From: Eledone cirrhosa
Lineage: Eukaryota
Reading direction: 5' to 3'
NCBI GenBank assembly: GCA_964016885.1
Contig: OZ024744.1
Span: forward strand, 82,584,001 to 82,648,000
Length of the DNA: 64,000 bases
Made by a program: the position numbers and the translations under genes. Positions 26,930 to 41,104 of the stretch are shown here, one piece after another. The notes beneath the pieces are model-generated. The model saw only the letters and a list, made by a program, of their open reading frames with translations, was not told where the DNA came from and searched no databases. Position 1 is the stretch's first letter. Each line of letters starts with the position of its first letter.

Positions 26930-29390
26930 ATGCTGATCAAAGACTACCTTCCTATGTCTACTAAGAACATACCAATACCATCTAAAGATACATACGAAAA
27001 ATTATTGATCAATAGTGTCAACTCCTTTATCAATAGAGTGAGATGGAGGACATTCCATTATGATAAAAACAGATCTAACAAAACTGATGATACTAACAAA
27101 TTTGACTCCTTCGGCTTTAAAACTTTCAGAAGCCCTCCTCACAACACACTATTAAACTCTTTTGAAAATGACCTAATAAAACTAGTTAAGAACATTAAAT
27201 ACAAAAAGCATCGTAATAGAAACAACACCTTCTTAAACAAACTTAACTCCTCTATTAAAGGATTATAGTAGTCAATACAAGTAGTAAAATTATTGTACAT
27301 GCAGATAAAACTAATAACATATATAGCCTAGATTACGATACATATAGAAAATTCATATATGAAGAACTACACAGGAGCTATAAGAAAACTACTATTAAAA
27401 ACCTAGAAGATATTAATTTAGAAGGCCGTAATATAGTGTCTAAATTGAGACTTCAGAGACATACACAACCATACACCCCTAACCCTCCTCCCCAAGATTC
27501 TCTCTGAAGGACCATAAAGAAGATTTCATTAGTAACCCTTCGATAAGACTAATCTGCCCTTCCAAATCTGACATTGGCATTATCAGTAAGAACATTTTAG
27601 ATAAAATCTTCCCACAGATTAAGCACAAAATATACCTTAAACAGTGGGGAAATACAGGTGATGTTATTGAATGGTTTAAGGATATTGAAGAGAACAAAAG
27701 TAAAAAAATGTATACAGTTTGATATCAATTCATACTACACCTCTATTTCCCCTATCAAATAAGGCACTCATTATGGCCATGAACAATAGTGACCTGACTA
27801 AATCCCAGATTGATGTCATACTTGCGGCCCGTAAAACCATAATTACATTTGAAGATCAGTTATGGACCCGCAAGGATACGCATAACAACTTTCACATAGC
27901 TATGGTATCTAGTGACTCGGCGCAGGTCACTGATTTAGTGGGCCTATATCTACTAAATGAAATCCATAAGGACCTACCATACCTCAACGGTGGTTTATAC
28001 CACGATGATGCACTACTCCTTGTAGACTATAAAAAATTTAATATAGAAAGAACTAGGAAACTATTACATAAAACTTTCAAAAACTTCAACTTAAGTATCA
28101 CCACAGACAAAAACACTAAAAATGTTAACTTCCTTGATGCTACCCTTTACCTAGACTCTAAAATATATACATCCTTTCATAAACCTAACGAAAAACTAAT
28201 TTATGTAGATACCAAGTCTAACCACTCTAGATCCATAATAAGCTCAATCACTAAAGGAATATCTAATAGAATCTCTAATCTATCTTATAACGAAACCATA
28301 TTTAGCAATAATTCACAATACTATAATCAGGCATTAGCTAAATCAAGCCATAATAATGGGATTGAGTTCCTACCTATAAAATCACATAGTTACAACATTA
28401 TTTCTCACAATATGGCCATGAGCAAAAATAGTAATAAGAATAATAACCACACTTACACTAATACGAAGGGTAACATCAAACTTAACTCGCATCAGAGTAG
28501 ACACCAAAATACTATAAACAGAATTACCTCAATAGATATAAAAAACAAAAATAGAAGAAGAACTAATACATTTTTCAATCCCCCTTTCAATCTAAACGTC
28601 TCTACCAACTTACCTAAGGCTTTCTTCTCAATCCTGGATTAAAACTTCTTATCTGGCCACAAGTGCCATAGTCTTATAAATAAAAACACCATTAAAATCT
28701 CCTACTCTACCACACCTAACATAGCATACCATATAGCTAGTAGTAATAAAAAAAAAGATTAATACTTATTTTCAACAAACTAAAACACAGCAGGGGGTAA
28801 ACTTTCAAAACAACATAATAACTACAAACGCTAATAACAATAGTAATAATAGTAATAATGAAATCAATAACATTAGGAACGATAACCATCATAGCCCTAA
28901 TGCAATACCTAGCAACCAGACTTCTACACAACATAATAACTGACAAGATAGCATCCAAAATAAATGTAACTGTAGATCAAATAGAACCTGCCCTTTAGGT
29001 AACAACTGCTTAATCAAGGACATCATTTACTCATGCACGGTCAACACTAACAACTCTTCTGAAACCTATATAGGCTCTACTTCGAACTGCTTCAAGACGA
29101 AATACAACTCACACATCCATTCTTTCAAAAAACACAATCTAGCCAACTCCACTTCACTATCTAGCTACACACACTATCTGAATAGTGTATATGAATAGAT
29201 CATATACACTTCAATGGGAAGTGGTAGGTAGGGCTGCATCGTATAAACCACCTAATAAATTTTGTAACCTCTGTCTACTAGAGACCCATACTATAATCTT
29301 TTCGAATCTTAACCTCCTTAATAAAATATCGGAGTGTTTGCATCTTGCCAACACCGCTTCCGACACTCTTTCCAAAACTTTAAACCTAGT
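26930..29390 (+). pseudogene. PLE reverse transcriptase / GIY-YIG ORF disrupted by stops and frameshifts
   Basis: STKNIPIPS...RVRWR, ADKTNNIY, LKDHKEDF..NPSIRLI, QFDI, AMVSSDSAQVTDLVGLYLL, GGLYHDDAL (YRDD-type), NFLDATL, HKPN..IYV...SNH, CNCRSNRTCPLGNNC, IIY...YIGST, CNLC. Confidence 0.92.
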
Positions 29391-29678
29391 ATATAACAAT
29401 GTCAGATTTGAACTCATCACCACCGTTAGCACTTCACCTCAAGGTCTTGCCTTCCACCACTACATCACATTCTCTGACCCACTCTTTCCTCTACACAAAT
29501 CATTTTATCTATAACTTTATACTCTAGAAATATTCTTATAATCACCACCTTTTAATATAATTACGTTAGATCACTTATAATTATATAGTGAAATATAATA
29601 CAGTTTATATAAACTTTAAATATTAAATGCAACAATGAATTATATATACATTTATAATTAAATGTATAGATTAATAAC

Positions 29679-29866
29679 TGTTTCTACTTTAGGCACAAGG
29701 TCAGCAATTATCCAGTGCATTACTGGTACTTTTATTTTATCGACCCCGTAAGGATGAAAGGCAAAGTCAACCTCGGCGGGATTTGAACTCAGATCGTAAA
29801 GGGACGTAACTATGCTGGAAAGCATGGCGTCCGACCCTCTACCGATACTGCCAATCCACCGTCCTT
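29679..29866 (-). mobile_element. Full-length SINE family A nested in the PLE, 16-bp TSD
   Basis: TSD tgtatagattaataac at 29663 and 29867. Confidence 0.93.
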
Positions 29867-31024
29867 TGTATAGATTAATAACATTGTATATATAGGATTA
29901 ATTTATTAACATAAGGGATTTGTATAACTTATATATAATATGGAACAATGAATTATATATACATTTGTAATTAAATGTATAGATTAATAACATTGTATAT
30001 AAAGGGTGAATTTACTTACTCAAGAGATGTATCTAATTTATCATGCAAACAGCTGTACGTTATTCCATAGCTTACTAAATCTTGGATAGACAAAAATCTA
30101 ATTGGACCTTTAATATGTTTTGAGAGTAGACTGTATTTAAGGTTAATTTGATATAAATATATAGCACTTTGTATGGGAAATTCAATTATGGCACTATATA
30201 ATATTGGGTAGACAACTTTCTATTGAAACCTTTAATATATTGTGAGAGAGTGGACTGTATTTAAAATTAAATATAAATATATAACTTTTTATATAAGGGA
30301 CTCAATAGAGGCACCATATAAGGTCTATTAGAGCAATGAATTTAATTATCATAATGAGCTAGTTTCCTCCCCTTACGCATTAGCTCCCCTTAATTACATA
30401 CCCGCTTCCGGATATTAAACCGCTGTAAATTCTCGCAGCTGAAAGACCCTAATCTATAAATATGAATTAAATAACACTAAGTTACAATACATTACAATCC
30501 ATTACTATAACAAACATTCAATACAAATATATCGTAGCTTATGTGATGGATGTGAAAACAGTAACTTTCTTTTTCTGCACACACACAAATTTGAACTATA
30601 CAGAAAATATCCTCGCACTGCAACCACCATAATATACTAACATTTTCGCTTATAGTGCTTGTATTTCATGTAATACCTTGCCATACAGTACTCATATATA
30701 CATGATACATTTGCTTGTTCTATACCTTTATATATGACTAACGCATATACTATCTCTTTAATTTAATTATTAGACTATTCTATTGTATTATCTGTATTAT
30801 CTGACGCATGAATTCCAACCTATGCTTTTAATCTTGTTTTTAAATTTAATTTTGATTTTAATCTTAATTTGAATTATTGTACAAATACAGTATAATATAA
30901 TATATGTAGCATCAATTCCACACTGTAAACATGAAACTGTTGTACACAACATCAATATACATATATGTATCTGTATGTTTCTTCGGTTGAGTAGGAGGTC
31001 AATTATATGTACAAACATTAAAAA

Positions 31025-31071
31025 TGCTCTGAAGACTACAAGCCTAGGTTTGGAAGAAATAAGTGTCAGCA
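31025..31071 (+). ncRNA. Hammerhead ribozyme in the 3' pLTR
   Basis: UGCU-CUGAAGA-stem II-GAAA-UAAGUG-UC^AGCA-AAUAAA. Confidence 0.75.
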
Positions 31072-31439
31072 AATAAATGTTTTAAACATAACTTTGATTC
31101 TTGTGAATTCAATATATATATAACTGTAAAGTAGATGCACTATTGATTATAAACTAGCTATAATATACATATCGGAATACATACGCGTATATAAGTTCAT
31201 ATTTGGGCGGACGTCTGCTTTGATGAAAGTGTCTAAATCTTTTGCTTCAGTATTTATGTCATCGTATGCTGTGGCGTTGGCTTTCTTGTGTGTACAGGTG
31301 TCGTTGATTATCAGGTGTTTGTTGTGTGTGGTGGTGTTTGTTTCGTAAGTGTTCTTTGATTTCTCAGCTTGAATGTGTACCTTTTAGGATTATTTGAGGT
31401 AAATAGCGTAAAATTGCTTAAATAGTTTAAGAACGGATT

Positions 31440-31660
31440 AGAACGTTGCCTAAATCTCATCTTTTTGCTAAGGTCCGTTAAAACCGCTTCGAAGTTATCA
31501 AGGTGGGCATTTCTGTAATTTCATGCCACACTCATTCGCGGATGTACTGGTCATTGGATTCTCCAACAAGTAGGACACCCAACACATACGCCTGATCCAA
31601 CTTTATCTCTTTCCATTTAGACATTGGCGTATTCAACTGGTGTCGCTGATTTTACTAACA
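31440..31660 (+). pseudogene. Possible highly decayed GIY-YIG C-terminus of another PLE lineage
   Basis: HFCNFMPHSFADVLVIG resembles the HF...HS..D..V.G motif of PLE endonucleases; stops and frameshifts. Confidence 0.35.
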
Positions 31661-31942
31661 CCACGTGATCTGAACTAACCAAAAGCGGCCCTTAAAAACA
31701 TGCCCCTATTCCGCATTCTCCTTTTTGTTTTTTACTTACTTATTCCCTTACTGTAGTAACAATTTGACTTATTTGTGCATTACCAGTAGTTTCGGATACA
31801 TTCAAAATGTATTTGAACAGTTAGACGTGTTTACGTCAATTAAATCAATGATAATGTTCTCTGAATGCATTAAACTGTTAATACATAATGCATGCATACA
31901 TACATATACGTGCGCGTACACACACCCACAAACACACACATT

Positions 31943-32004
<62 letters not shown>

Positions 32005-32079
32005 AGAGCGATTAACAAGGAAAAGCAACACATGAGAACAATACAAGGATGGTATATTAATTTAACTGTTGATCTAAGC

Positions 32080-32136
<57 letters not shown>

Positions 32137-32434
32137 ATGCAATGAAATATCTATGATCGTCGGCAAATCACTGATGAGGGACTCACTTTATTACATGTTA
32201 TCCATGTGCAACCTGCAGTATTCTTCTCCCCATTTTTTCATATATATATATATACATATATATATAAGAATATTTATATTTATATATATTTAATACAACT
32301 ATAAATATGGAGGGTAGTACTAAGTACTAGCCGGTTACCGGTATGACAAAAGTCTCAATGCAAATTTTCAAGTGTTTTACAGAGCCGAGATACAAAATGT
32401 TAAAACGATTTAATTTGACTTTAGAACATTTATT

Positions 32435-32481
32435 TGCTGACAGTTGTTTCTTACAGAGGCAAGTCTGGAATCATCGGAGCA
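32435..32481 (-). ncRNA. Hammerhead ribozyme (U4C core), diverged relative of 26454/31025
   Basis: UGCU-CCGAUGA-UUCCAGA cuugcc UCUGUAA-GAAA-CAACUG-UC^AGCA-AAUAAAUG. Confidence 0.72.
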
Positions 32482-33149
32482 TAGGGAATTTCGAAACATG
32501 TGACTAAAAACCTAGTCATTCAGAACATTTAGGGTACATAATTGTTAGTGTCATAGGCATCATATGGAGTTAAAAAGATGTTATGCCTGAGAGAACACAA
32601 TTACAGGCAGCACTGGTTGAAAGTATAAGAGGTATAAGCACAGGAAAAGTACAGGAAAAAAGTTACAAGCAAGCACAATTGGAGTACAATTCAGGAGTCA
32701 ATACAGTCAATAAGGCATGTATGAGGAAAGAGTTATAATGCAGTTGAAATAAACATATTTTGTGCATGTTATAATTGTTAGAAATGTTTAACATGGCGTG
32801 CAATTTGTTAGAGAGGTATATGGTGATAATGTAGGTATTTGTTATGTGAGGTGTAATGCAAAGCACGTGATAGAGTTGGATAGGTGATTTACATTCAAGT
32901 GTTTTTGTGTTGTAGTTCATATGTATGTGTATATGTTGTTTGTAACCCACAGCTATTAACCATGGGATTATTTTGAGTCGTTTATAGTCAATAGGTGTTT
33001 GTTTGTTAAATGTAGATTCCACCGAATTACTGGCCATGTTGTTATTGTAGGTATTTTATGCATTTTTTATCTACAAATTATCTTTTCGAGGGTTTGTATT
33101 AACCGTTATTAAGTTGTTGGTAAACCGTTAGGTTGCTTAATTTATCATT

Positions 33150-34591
33150 TAACAAAATGAAATATGTAATAAAAACAAGATTGAACCACACAGTGTACAA
33201 CAGACACCAAACTCAACAGAAAAAACAACAGAAGATAAAACGATTGACACAACAACAAACGGAAAAATCGACAACCACAACAACAAGACCCCAAAAATAA
33301 CTTTTTCACAAACAGTCATGAACAAACAAGACTTCAAAGATATAGATATCACTGATGCAAGACAAATGTTGTCTGAGGGGAAGAAATTCATCACTTTCGA
33401 ACAATAAATTTAAAATAAACTCACCCCCGGAAATCAGAATTGAAACACTTAAAAGGACAGTAACCTTCAGAACTGTTTCAAATGAGACAAAAAGAACAGC
33501 ATTCCTCGGTTAAGGGGAAATTGAGGCAACCTTGAAGGAGATATTGCCAAACATCGACTTTATGCAGAGGGCCATACTGTATGGGAGTATTTCGGTGCTC
33601 CTCAAAAGCGAGGCCCTCGCACAAAAATATTCAGTGACACCAATACTGTCAAAAAAGAATATACACCTTTTCCCCTACATACCTGGGAAAAAGGACTAAA
33701 AAAATCAAAATTACCAATATACCACCGAATATTAATATTTGGTGGATATTGGCAGGTTTTTTAGAGGAGGGACAAGACACCATTCTCTCCATGAAGAAGT
33801 CAACCAGACACACGTGGTCTGGTACAAATTTGGAGATTCTGGTTCAAAGGAGGACGGAGAGAATCTCTAAAATACCTGAAAGAGTGCTGATCGACAACAG
33901 CCACATTAACATTTCAACCGAAGGAGGAGGACCACACTGATTCCGATGTAACAGCACATCACATCTAAAGACCTCCTGCCCTTTACAGACACATTAAAAA
34001 AACAACCCCCCCAAAATACTGTTACCAACACCAACCCCAAAACAACCACCACCACCACAACAACAACACACAAAACAAGCAAACGCACCAAAACAAACAG
34101 CCACTCAACCGACAACAGCAGGAAAAACACAAACAACTCCCCCGAAGAACACAGTCCCACCCCATCCCACTCCATCCAACACTGCCACAAACACACACAC
34201 AAACACACCATCACTACACAACATACCCCTACCGCAAGCTCCTGATGACGAATCATCGTCAGACGAGGCTACTTCTTCATCCCCAAGTGAAGATGAAGGA
34301 CAGCCTCGAAAATCAAAGAAACAAAAGAAAAGGCACCGCAAAGCCACAAAAACAGCAATCACCAACACGAACACACAACCACCAATACGAACAACAACAC
34401 AAACACCACCACAATGAACTCCCCCCCCCATACCAGCAAAACAAACACCAACGCCACCCCAAACACAAGCAGCCGCTATAAAAAGAAAACTCCCGGACGA
34501 ACAACAAACTAAAATAACACAACACTCCCAACACTCCCGCCAGCACCCAAATGGAGATTGAACAACCCGGACTCCAGGAAACGAAAAGGTA
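33150..34591 (+). pseudogene. Tx1/L1 ORF1 remnant (gag-like, zinc knuckle)
   Basis: RTVTFRTV, IKITNIPPNI and RPH*FRCNSTSHLKTSCP (decayed CX2CX4HX4C), followed by a T/K/N-rich low-complexity tail; directly upstream of ORF2. Confidence 0.7.
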
Positions 34592-34634
34592 AGTGCATCT
34601 TTTCGTCCTTTTTCGCCAACTCTTCTCCGCCAAA

Positions 34635-37225
34635 ATGGTTAATTTACGAGTTGGAAGCGTGAATGTGCGTGGCCCTGGAAACAGACCCAACGTTTAAACG
34701 ACCTTAGGTCACACGGTATGTATGTGATAGCCATCACCGAGCCCAGGATCCACAACATGCAGCAACTAACCCCATCTTCAATGACTTTCACATCTACGCA
34801 TCTCTCTGTCAGCCGGGAGGTAGAGGAGGAGTGGCTGTCATGATTCAGAAAAACATGGACCTCGAAGTACAGGGAGTACACTTGGACCCGAAGCGTAGAC
34901 GGGTAGTCCTAGACGTGAACAGTGTTGGAGGTGGAGCCTTCAGACTGGTGGCCGTTTATGCCCCGACTGGGCAATCGCGGCCAGACTTCTTTAAGCGTCT
35001 AGAGTCTTTTCTGGGAATGTCTCGTTCCTTGCTTTTAGTAGGGGACTGGAATGGTATCCTAGACGCACGATGGGACTATGTAGGATCCCAGTGGAGGGGG
35101 GTGCAACATCCCCAAACATTTAATCGGCCAATTCCAACTGGCCGATAGTTATCGACTAGATTTCCCGACTGCACCACAGTGGACGTGGACAAACTTCAGC
35201 GGGACATCTAGATCGTATTTAGACAGATTCTTTATTAGAGAGAGAGACAAGAAGATGTTAAGCTGTCCACAAATGCACATGGTTGCCTATTCAGACCACA
35301 AACTAGTCATGTGCATAGTCAACCGTGATAGAAGACATAGACAAGTACCCGGATGCTGGAAACTGAACGTGTGGCTACCGACACGTAAAGCCTACAGTGA
35401 ACGGATAAGTAGATTAGTTAAGCAACAATTGACGGGAGCCATCGTCAACAATAGATGGTGATACTCCGTCAAGAAAGCAACCAGAGTAGAGTCGATAGAT
35501 TTTAGCAGAGAGTTAGCCTTAGAGAGAAACAAAACAGAAACGGAACTAGTAGCCAAGGTAGAGGAGGCGCTTAGGAGTGGCAACGTAGCTAGAGTGTTAG
35601 CAACGAGAACGGCACTAGACCAGTTCATCGACGCGAAACACGAAGGCTGCGTGATCAGAAGTAAATCACGTGATCTAGGAAACGGGGGAGCGAAAGCTGT
35701 TAGCTCGGCCCAAGTGGCAGAGGAAAAAGGTGACAACAAGTCCACGATTCGGTCTTTGAAAAACCAAAACGGACGCGTGCTACTTGACCCTAAGCGGATG
35801 GGACTTTGCGCAACTTGGCGCAACTGTTCGAGCAGAGTGGCAGTGCGTCGAACGGGGCAATGGACATCGGTTCATATCTCGGCGGCCTGCCGCGTCCCTT
35901 GAGCATGGACGCCGAGTTCTGCGAAAACCGATCACAGCCACTGAGATACGGGACGTTCTGGACCGCTCCGGGAAACGCAAATCACCCAGTGTAGATGGTC
36001 TACCCTATGAGTTTGATATAGGCATGCCGGACTTGTTCTCTGGCGTCCCCGAGGCCGTCTACTGCAACTGGCAGCAGAACAGGAGAATTCCCAGTTCTGC
36101 AGGCAGGGGCGTAGTAACGCTAATCAGGAAAGACGAGAACAAAGGGGACGAACTAGGCAACTTTAGGCTCATAACTCTGCTCAACACAGAGTTAAAGATT
36201 TTGGCCAAGGTGTTGGCAACGAGGTTGGCGCTTGTCGTCGAGAACTTGTTAGGGAAAGCGCAAATGTGTGCAATCCCAACCAGATCCATTCACGACAACC
36301 TCCACCTCATGCGATATATCATAGAGAGGGTGGGGTGTAAACCCGGCTTTGGTGGGGATCTGATCAATTTAGATCAGTCTAAGGTGTTCGATAGAGTCGA
36401 CCATCGATACTTGGAAGCGGTTCTCAAGGCGGCCGGTTTCGGACCCGTTTTCAGAGGCTGGATCGCTGCAATGTACACCAACATCTACTCGATGGTCAAG
36501 GTGAACGGCTACCTATCGGAGCCGTTCGCAATCACGCGTTCCATACGGTAGGGATGCCCTCTCTCCTCCATTCTGTGCGTACTGACTCTAGAGCCACTAC
36601 TGCGGAAGTTGGAGCTGCTACAGGGCATTCCGTTGGAACCGGGACTGCAGAAAGCGGCGTCGGCTTATGCCGACGACGTTACGATAATGGTGTCGGAAGC
36701 CTCCGAAATCGGGGCGATCGGCAACTTACTGCAGGAATATGAAAGGCTCACAGGAGCAAAACTGAATCCGGACAAGTCTGTCGGTTTGCAACTCGGTACA
36801 TGGAGAGGCAAACCGATGCCGTCCGACAGCGTCGTCGGATGCTGGACGGAAGGACCGGTGAAATTGCTCGAGTCTGGTTCGGTCCAGACCTCCAGGTGGA
36901 GAAAAACTGGAACGAGGTCACGGCCAAGTTATTTGCGCTCACTCAGAAGTGGGCAGAGTGCAAACTATCCTTGAAAGGTCGAGCGGAGGTGGCGAACACT
37001 TTCATAGCGTCCGTCATCTACTACCGCTTGACCGTCGTGCCTTGTCCCCGTGAACACCTCACCAAGATGGAACGCATGCTCTTCCAGTTCCTTTGGAAGA
37101 AGCAGACTCCACTGGTGAGGAGATCCGTCTGCTGTCAGCACCCTTCCAACGGAGGGCTGGGAATGCCGTGGCTGATGATGCGCAGCATGCGCTGAGGCTA
37201 CGGCATCTACAGGTATTCCTCACCG
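34635..37225 (+). mobile_element. Tx1/L1 ORF2 remnant (APE endonuclease and reverse transcriptase), 3'-truncated
   Basis: VGSVNVRG, LVAVYAP, VGDWN, YLDRF, SDHKLV, WKLN, KSPSVDGLPYEF, NFRLITLLNTELKILAKVLA, LDQSKVFDRVDH, AYADDV, GGLGMP; multiple frameshifts. Confidence 0.95.
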
Positions 37226-37380
37226 ACCTCCCATTCGCGGGGCTCACACCTGTGGCTGGCCAACTCAGCGCCTATGGTGGCGAGTAGGGAGGTAGCCCTA
37301 GGGCGGAGGACACCAGAAGTCTCCACTGCCAAGGGCACAACCGCAAACCTGTCGGAGAGCGACTGATAGTGGATATCTAA
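37226..37380 (-). mobile_element. CRE-like non-LTR element fragment (restriction-like endonuclease)
   Basis: Translates HYQSLSDRFAVVPLAVETSGVLRPRATSLLATIGAELASHRCEPREWE; homologous to 53534-53650. Confidence 0.75.
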
Positions 37381-38821
37381 TCACTGTTGTTATTGTTGTT
37401 TTCCGCCATTTTCTTTTATTGTCAGATGACTTCCTTCCATTTCCCGATTCCTTTTTGTACAGTCGTGACACCCAACAACTTTCACATTTAAAACTTGTTT
37501 ATTAGCAGGTTTATTTATGCATTTATTTATCTTATCTATCCTCCTCTTTCTCCTCCACCATTACCTTCTCCTTGCCCGCTTTCTCATCCTTCTCCTTCTA
37601 CTCTATCTTCTCTTCCTCTCCCCCCTCCTCCTCTCCTACTCCTCCTCCTCCTCCTCCTCATCCTCCCCCACCACCTCCTCCTGCCGCCTCTCCTCCTCCA
37701 CATCATCATCATCATCATCGTCCTCATCATCTTTTACTTATGTTCCTTGATGTTAAAAAGTCTGATGTAGGGGATAGATATTATAGTGCGGAAAAGGTAG
37801 AATTCAAAAGAAGAATGTGTGAGGAATATGAAAGTAGATGGTAATGAAAAGAGATGCATGGTCAATTTGCAAGAAATGCTGACAGAAACCGGATGTGAAT
37901 GGCAAACAGAAATAGCAAAGAAAGGGTGACTTGAAACCAGAAACTGAAGCACCGATTTGTGCTGCATAGAAGCAAGCACCCAGGACAAACTATGTGAAGT
38001 GTAAAATAGATCATACAACTGAAAACGATAAGTGCATGATGTGTGTGTGTGAGGGGGGGGGGGGGTAGAAACAGTGTACCAAGCTGACGCAGAGAGAATA
38101 TAAACGGCGTCACGACAATGTCACAAGAATTATACATTAGAAACCATAGGGCAAGTAAGAATTGGAGAGAGTAGAGACGAAGTAAAGGCAAACCCCAGAA
38201 TGTTTGATTGAAAATGACAAATATAAAATCCTCTGCATGTCATAATTCAATGTAACTATGAAGTTACCAACAGTAAACTGAGCAATGTGGTAATATACAA
38301 GACATAACCTGTATAATTATAGATACTAGCAGAAAAAGCACTCTTCTGGTGGTTTTCTGCTACCATGTGTAGTGTGCATATTGATATTACACACAAATAT
38401 ACATGCATGTAGATATGATACATCAAATAAAATCCTAACTGACAATATGCTCAGAAATTGAAGAGAGACTGTGTTACACTCTCTTCTGTAATCAGGAAAG
38501 TAATCCATGATACATTTAAAAAAGACGATATTATATATAAACTGCATTACGGTGAAATGTAATGAAAACGAAAAAGGGGAAAGTTAGCGACAGAAATATA
38601 AACCTTATATAACGATGCAAATATATGAACGTTTACGTAAGCGATGTGATATAGCGTACGGACGCTAACCGGAAGTATTGACATGTAAACATTTAAAAAA
38701 AGAAGTGAATCTTAAAATAAGCAATCATTATGATATTAAAATAAGCAATCATTTATGTTTAATCAACAACTACGAAATTGTGTAGATAAATTATGTAATA
38801 TTTTTACATTATTTATTCAAA

Positions 38822-39008
38822 GCGGTGGATTGGCAGTATCAGTAGAGAGTCGGACGCCATGCTTTCCAGCATAGTTACGTCCCTTTACGGTCTGAGTTCA
38901 AATCCCGCCGAGGTTAACTTTGCCTTTCATCCTTACGGGGTCGATAAAATAAAGTACCAGTAATATACTGGGTAATTGCTGGCCTTGTGCCTAACGTAGA
39001 AACAATTA
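38822..39008 (+). mobile_element. Full-length SINE family A with TSD attatttattcaaag
   Basis: A and B boxes, core and TSD all visible. Confidence 0.93.
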
Positions 39009-40050
39009 TTTATTCAAAGTAATTTAACTTATTTTACTAACTCCTCCCTTTATTGTGTGTCCTGAAGACAAGAGAGTGGCAGAGAAAGAAGGAGCGCTGG
39101 AACAAACTCCCTTAAAATGGGAATATTACAAGTTGTCGACTATGAAGAACCTATAAGTTATTCCCATTGTTGTAGGTGTTCTGACATTATAAATAACTAG
39201 TGGGACCCGTGTAAATTTTACGGACAAAAAAATTAAGAGGAGCTATTTAAAACACGTTCGTCAAGCTGTATATTATATCATACCTTCTCGCCTGTCGTCT
39301 TAGTCTCCCTTGCTCTAAAACAAAGTCTCATTTATTTCCTCACGTTTCTCTCTCTCTCTCTATACACACACACATACACACATACACATACATAAACAGA
39401 GACAATTCATTACAATTGTGTGTGTGTATATATATACATATGTATACATTTATATGTATTAGTATATAAATATAAACGCGCAAACACACGCACTCACACA
39501 AAAGACACACATACACACACATACACTCACACAAGTATAGCTAATCCAAGAACGCTCATCGCTATAGTGTTTCACCAACCTCTTCCTTCCTCAAACATTA
39601 CATAGATGTGTGTGTATATAATAATTACGTAGTATAATGTTTCTATTTATGAATAGGTATGAATAGATGTGTGTGTGTGTTTGCACTTCTGTTGTTGGTG
39701 TATCTGTTTATGTATTTACATGTAGATGTATGTGTATGTGAATAAAGTGTAACGTACGTTACGAATGGACGAAACACAAGCAGAATTATAATAAGATGAA
39801 GTGGACAGAGAAGATTGGAGACCTACAAAAACAAAACAAAAAAACGAAAAAAGCAACACTCCTTGGAACTCTTCGGATACTCCGCAGTGTCCTGGGATCA
39901 TGAATGAACTGATCATGTCTGTCCACTTGTTGTGGAAACCTGGTAATTTGGTTTCTATTTCTGACAGATTTGCTGTGACAAATAATATTTTTTAATGCTT
40001 TTTTTATTGTTAGTGTTAAACTCATCCTATTTTATTTCATTTAAATTTTG

Positions 40051-40217
40051 TATGGGCAACCTTTTTTGAGTAGCGGCCGCTTAGGGTGTGGTTTATCATA
40101 AGGCGGACCGCACTATTAAAAACATTCAAGGCAGTTTTGAAATCAGGTGTGCCATTCAGAAGTCTAAACGGGCTGCATGATGCATGCGGTCTGCGGGCCG
40201 AAGTTTACCTATGACTG
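40051..40217. mobile_element. hAT/Charlie-like MITE remnant
   Basis: Right end reverse complement cagtcataggtaaacttcggcccgcagaccgcatgc; left end atgggcaacct; imperfect TIRs. Confidence 0.5.
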
Positions 40218-40329
40218 ATTTAAATCATCCCCTGACTCTTGTTTGTGTTTAACCTATGCACTTCACTTTTGTACTGCCTCTTAGGTCATGGGTCCCTGTC
40301 TCGAATATAAGAAATATTTATTATGGAAT

Positions 40330-40491
40330 GTCGGACGCCATGCTTTACAGCAAAAGTTACACCCCTTTACTGTCTAAGTTCAAATCCCGCCGAGGTTAAC
40401 TTTGCCTTTCATCCTTACGGGGTTGATAAAATAAAGTACCAGTAATTTACTGGGATAATTGCTGGCCTTGTGCCAAAAGTAGAAACAATTA
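40330..40491 (+). mobile_element. 5'-truncated SINE family A with TSD attatggaatgtc
   Basis: Core match and TSD. Confidence 0.92.
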
Positions 40492-40940
40492 TGGAATGTC
40501 TGGCGCTCACCGCCCTCTACGAGTCGGAGTAATACGATCGGTGGCATTTCCCCACTAGCAGTTTATAGAGCACTAGTAGCGGGGTAGAACGACGATGTTC
40601 TCAGGTAGGCTCTGGACCTGGATAGAAGTGAACAGGCCGGAGACTTCCATAGATAATTTCCGTAAGTCCTTGGCCTGCCAGGAGTTTAGGTATTATCAAT
40701 AGTTCTAAGAACTAGGCAATGTTCGCTATAATCATAATGATGTCTTTTAATTTCCACGCGGTGGCAGCGACAACAAAAGCAGAAGCACCGATGCCATCCA
40801 CAGCTGTAGCAGTACGTACGTGTGTGTGAGTGTGTGAGTGTGTATGTGTGTGTATGTGTGTGTGTGTGTGTGTGTGTATGTGTCTGTGTTTGTATGTGTG
40901 TGAGTGTGTTTGTGTACAACCACATATATTTATGCGTCTG

Positions 40941-40985
<45 letters not shown>

Positions 40986-41054
40986 TATATAATATATATA
41001 TATAATATATATATATATGTGTGTGTCCAAATATCTCTGTATCAATGTATATAT

Positions 41055-41104
<50 letters not shown>

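Larger units (their letters stand above)
26398..31114 (+). mobile_element. Near full-length decayed Naiad-like Penelope retroelement with inverted 5' pLTR (26398-26694) and 3' pLTR (30823-31114)
   Basis: Terminal inverted copies of the HHR-bearing pLTR; (TA)n flanks; internal RT and GIY-YIG coding remnant. Confidence 0.92.

Noticed and set aside
28960-29280. Selenocysteine recoding as reported for some Naiad elements
   Set aside because: The conserved Cys positions I checked in this copy and at 50748-51060 are TGT/TGC, not TGA.
32171-32205. CTGATGA core start; similar isolated cores at 48578, 39062 and 25660
   Set aside because: No matching GAAA half with closing stems; truncated or chance matches.
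33936-33985. TGA at a zinc-knuckle Cys in Tx1 ORF1 as possible selenocysteine
   Set aside because: The ORF has many other stops and frameshifts, so simple decay explains it.
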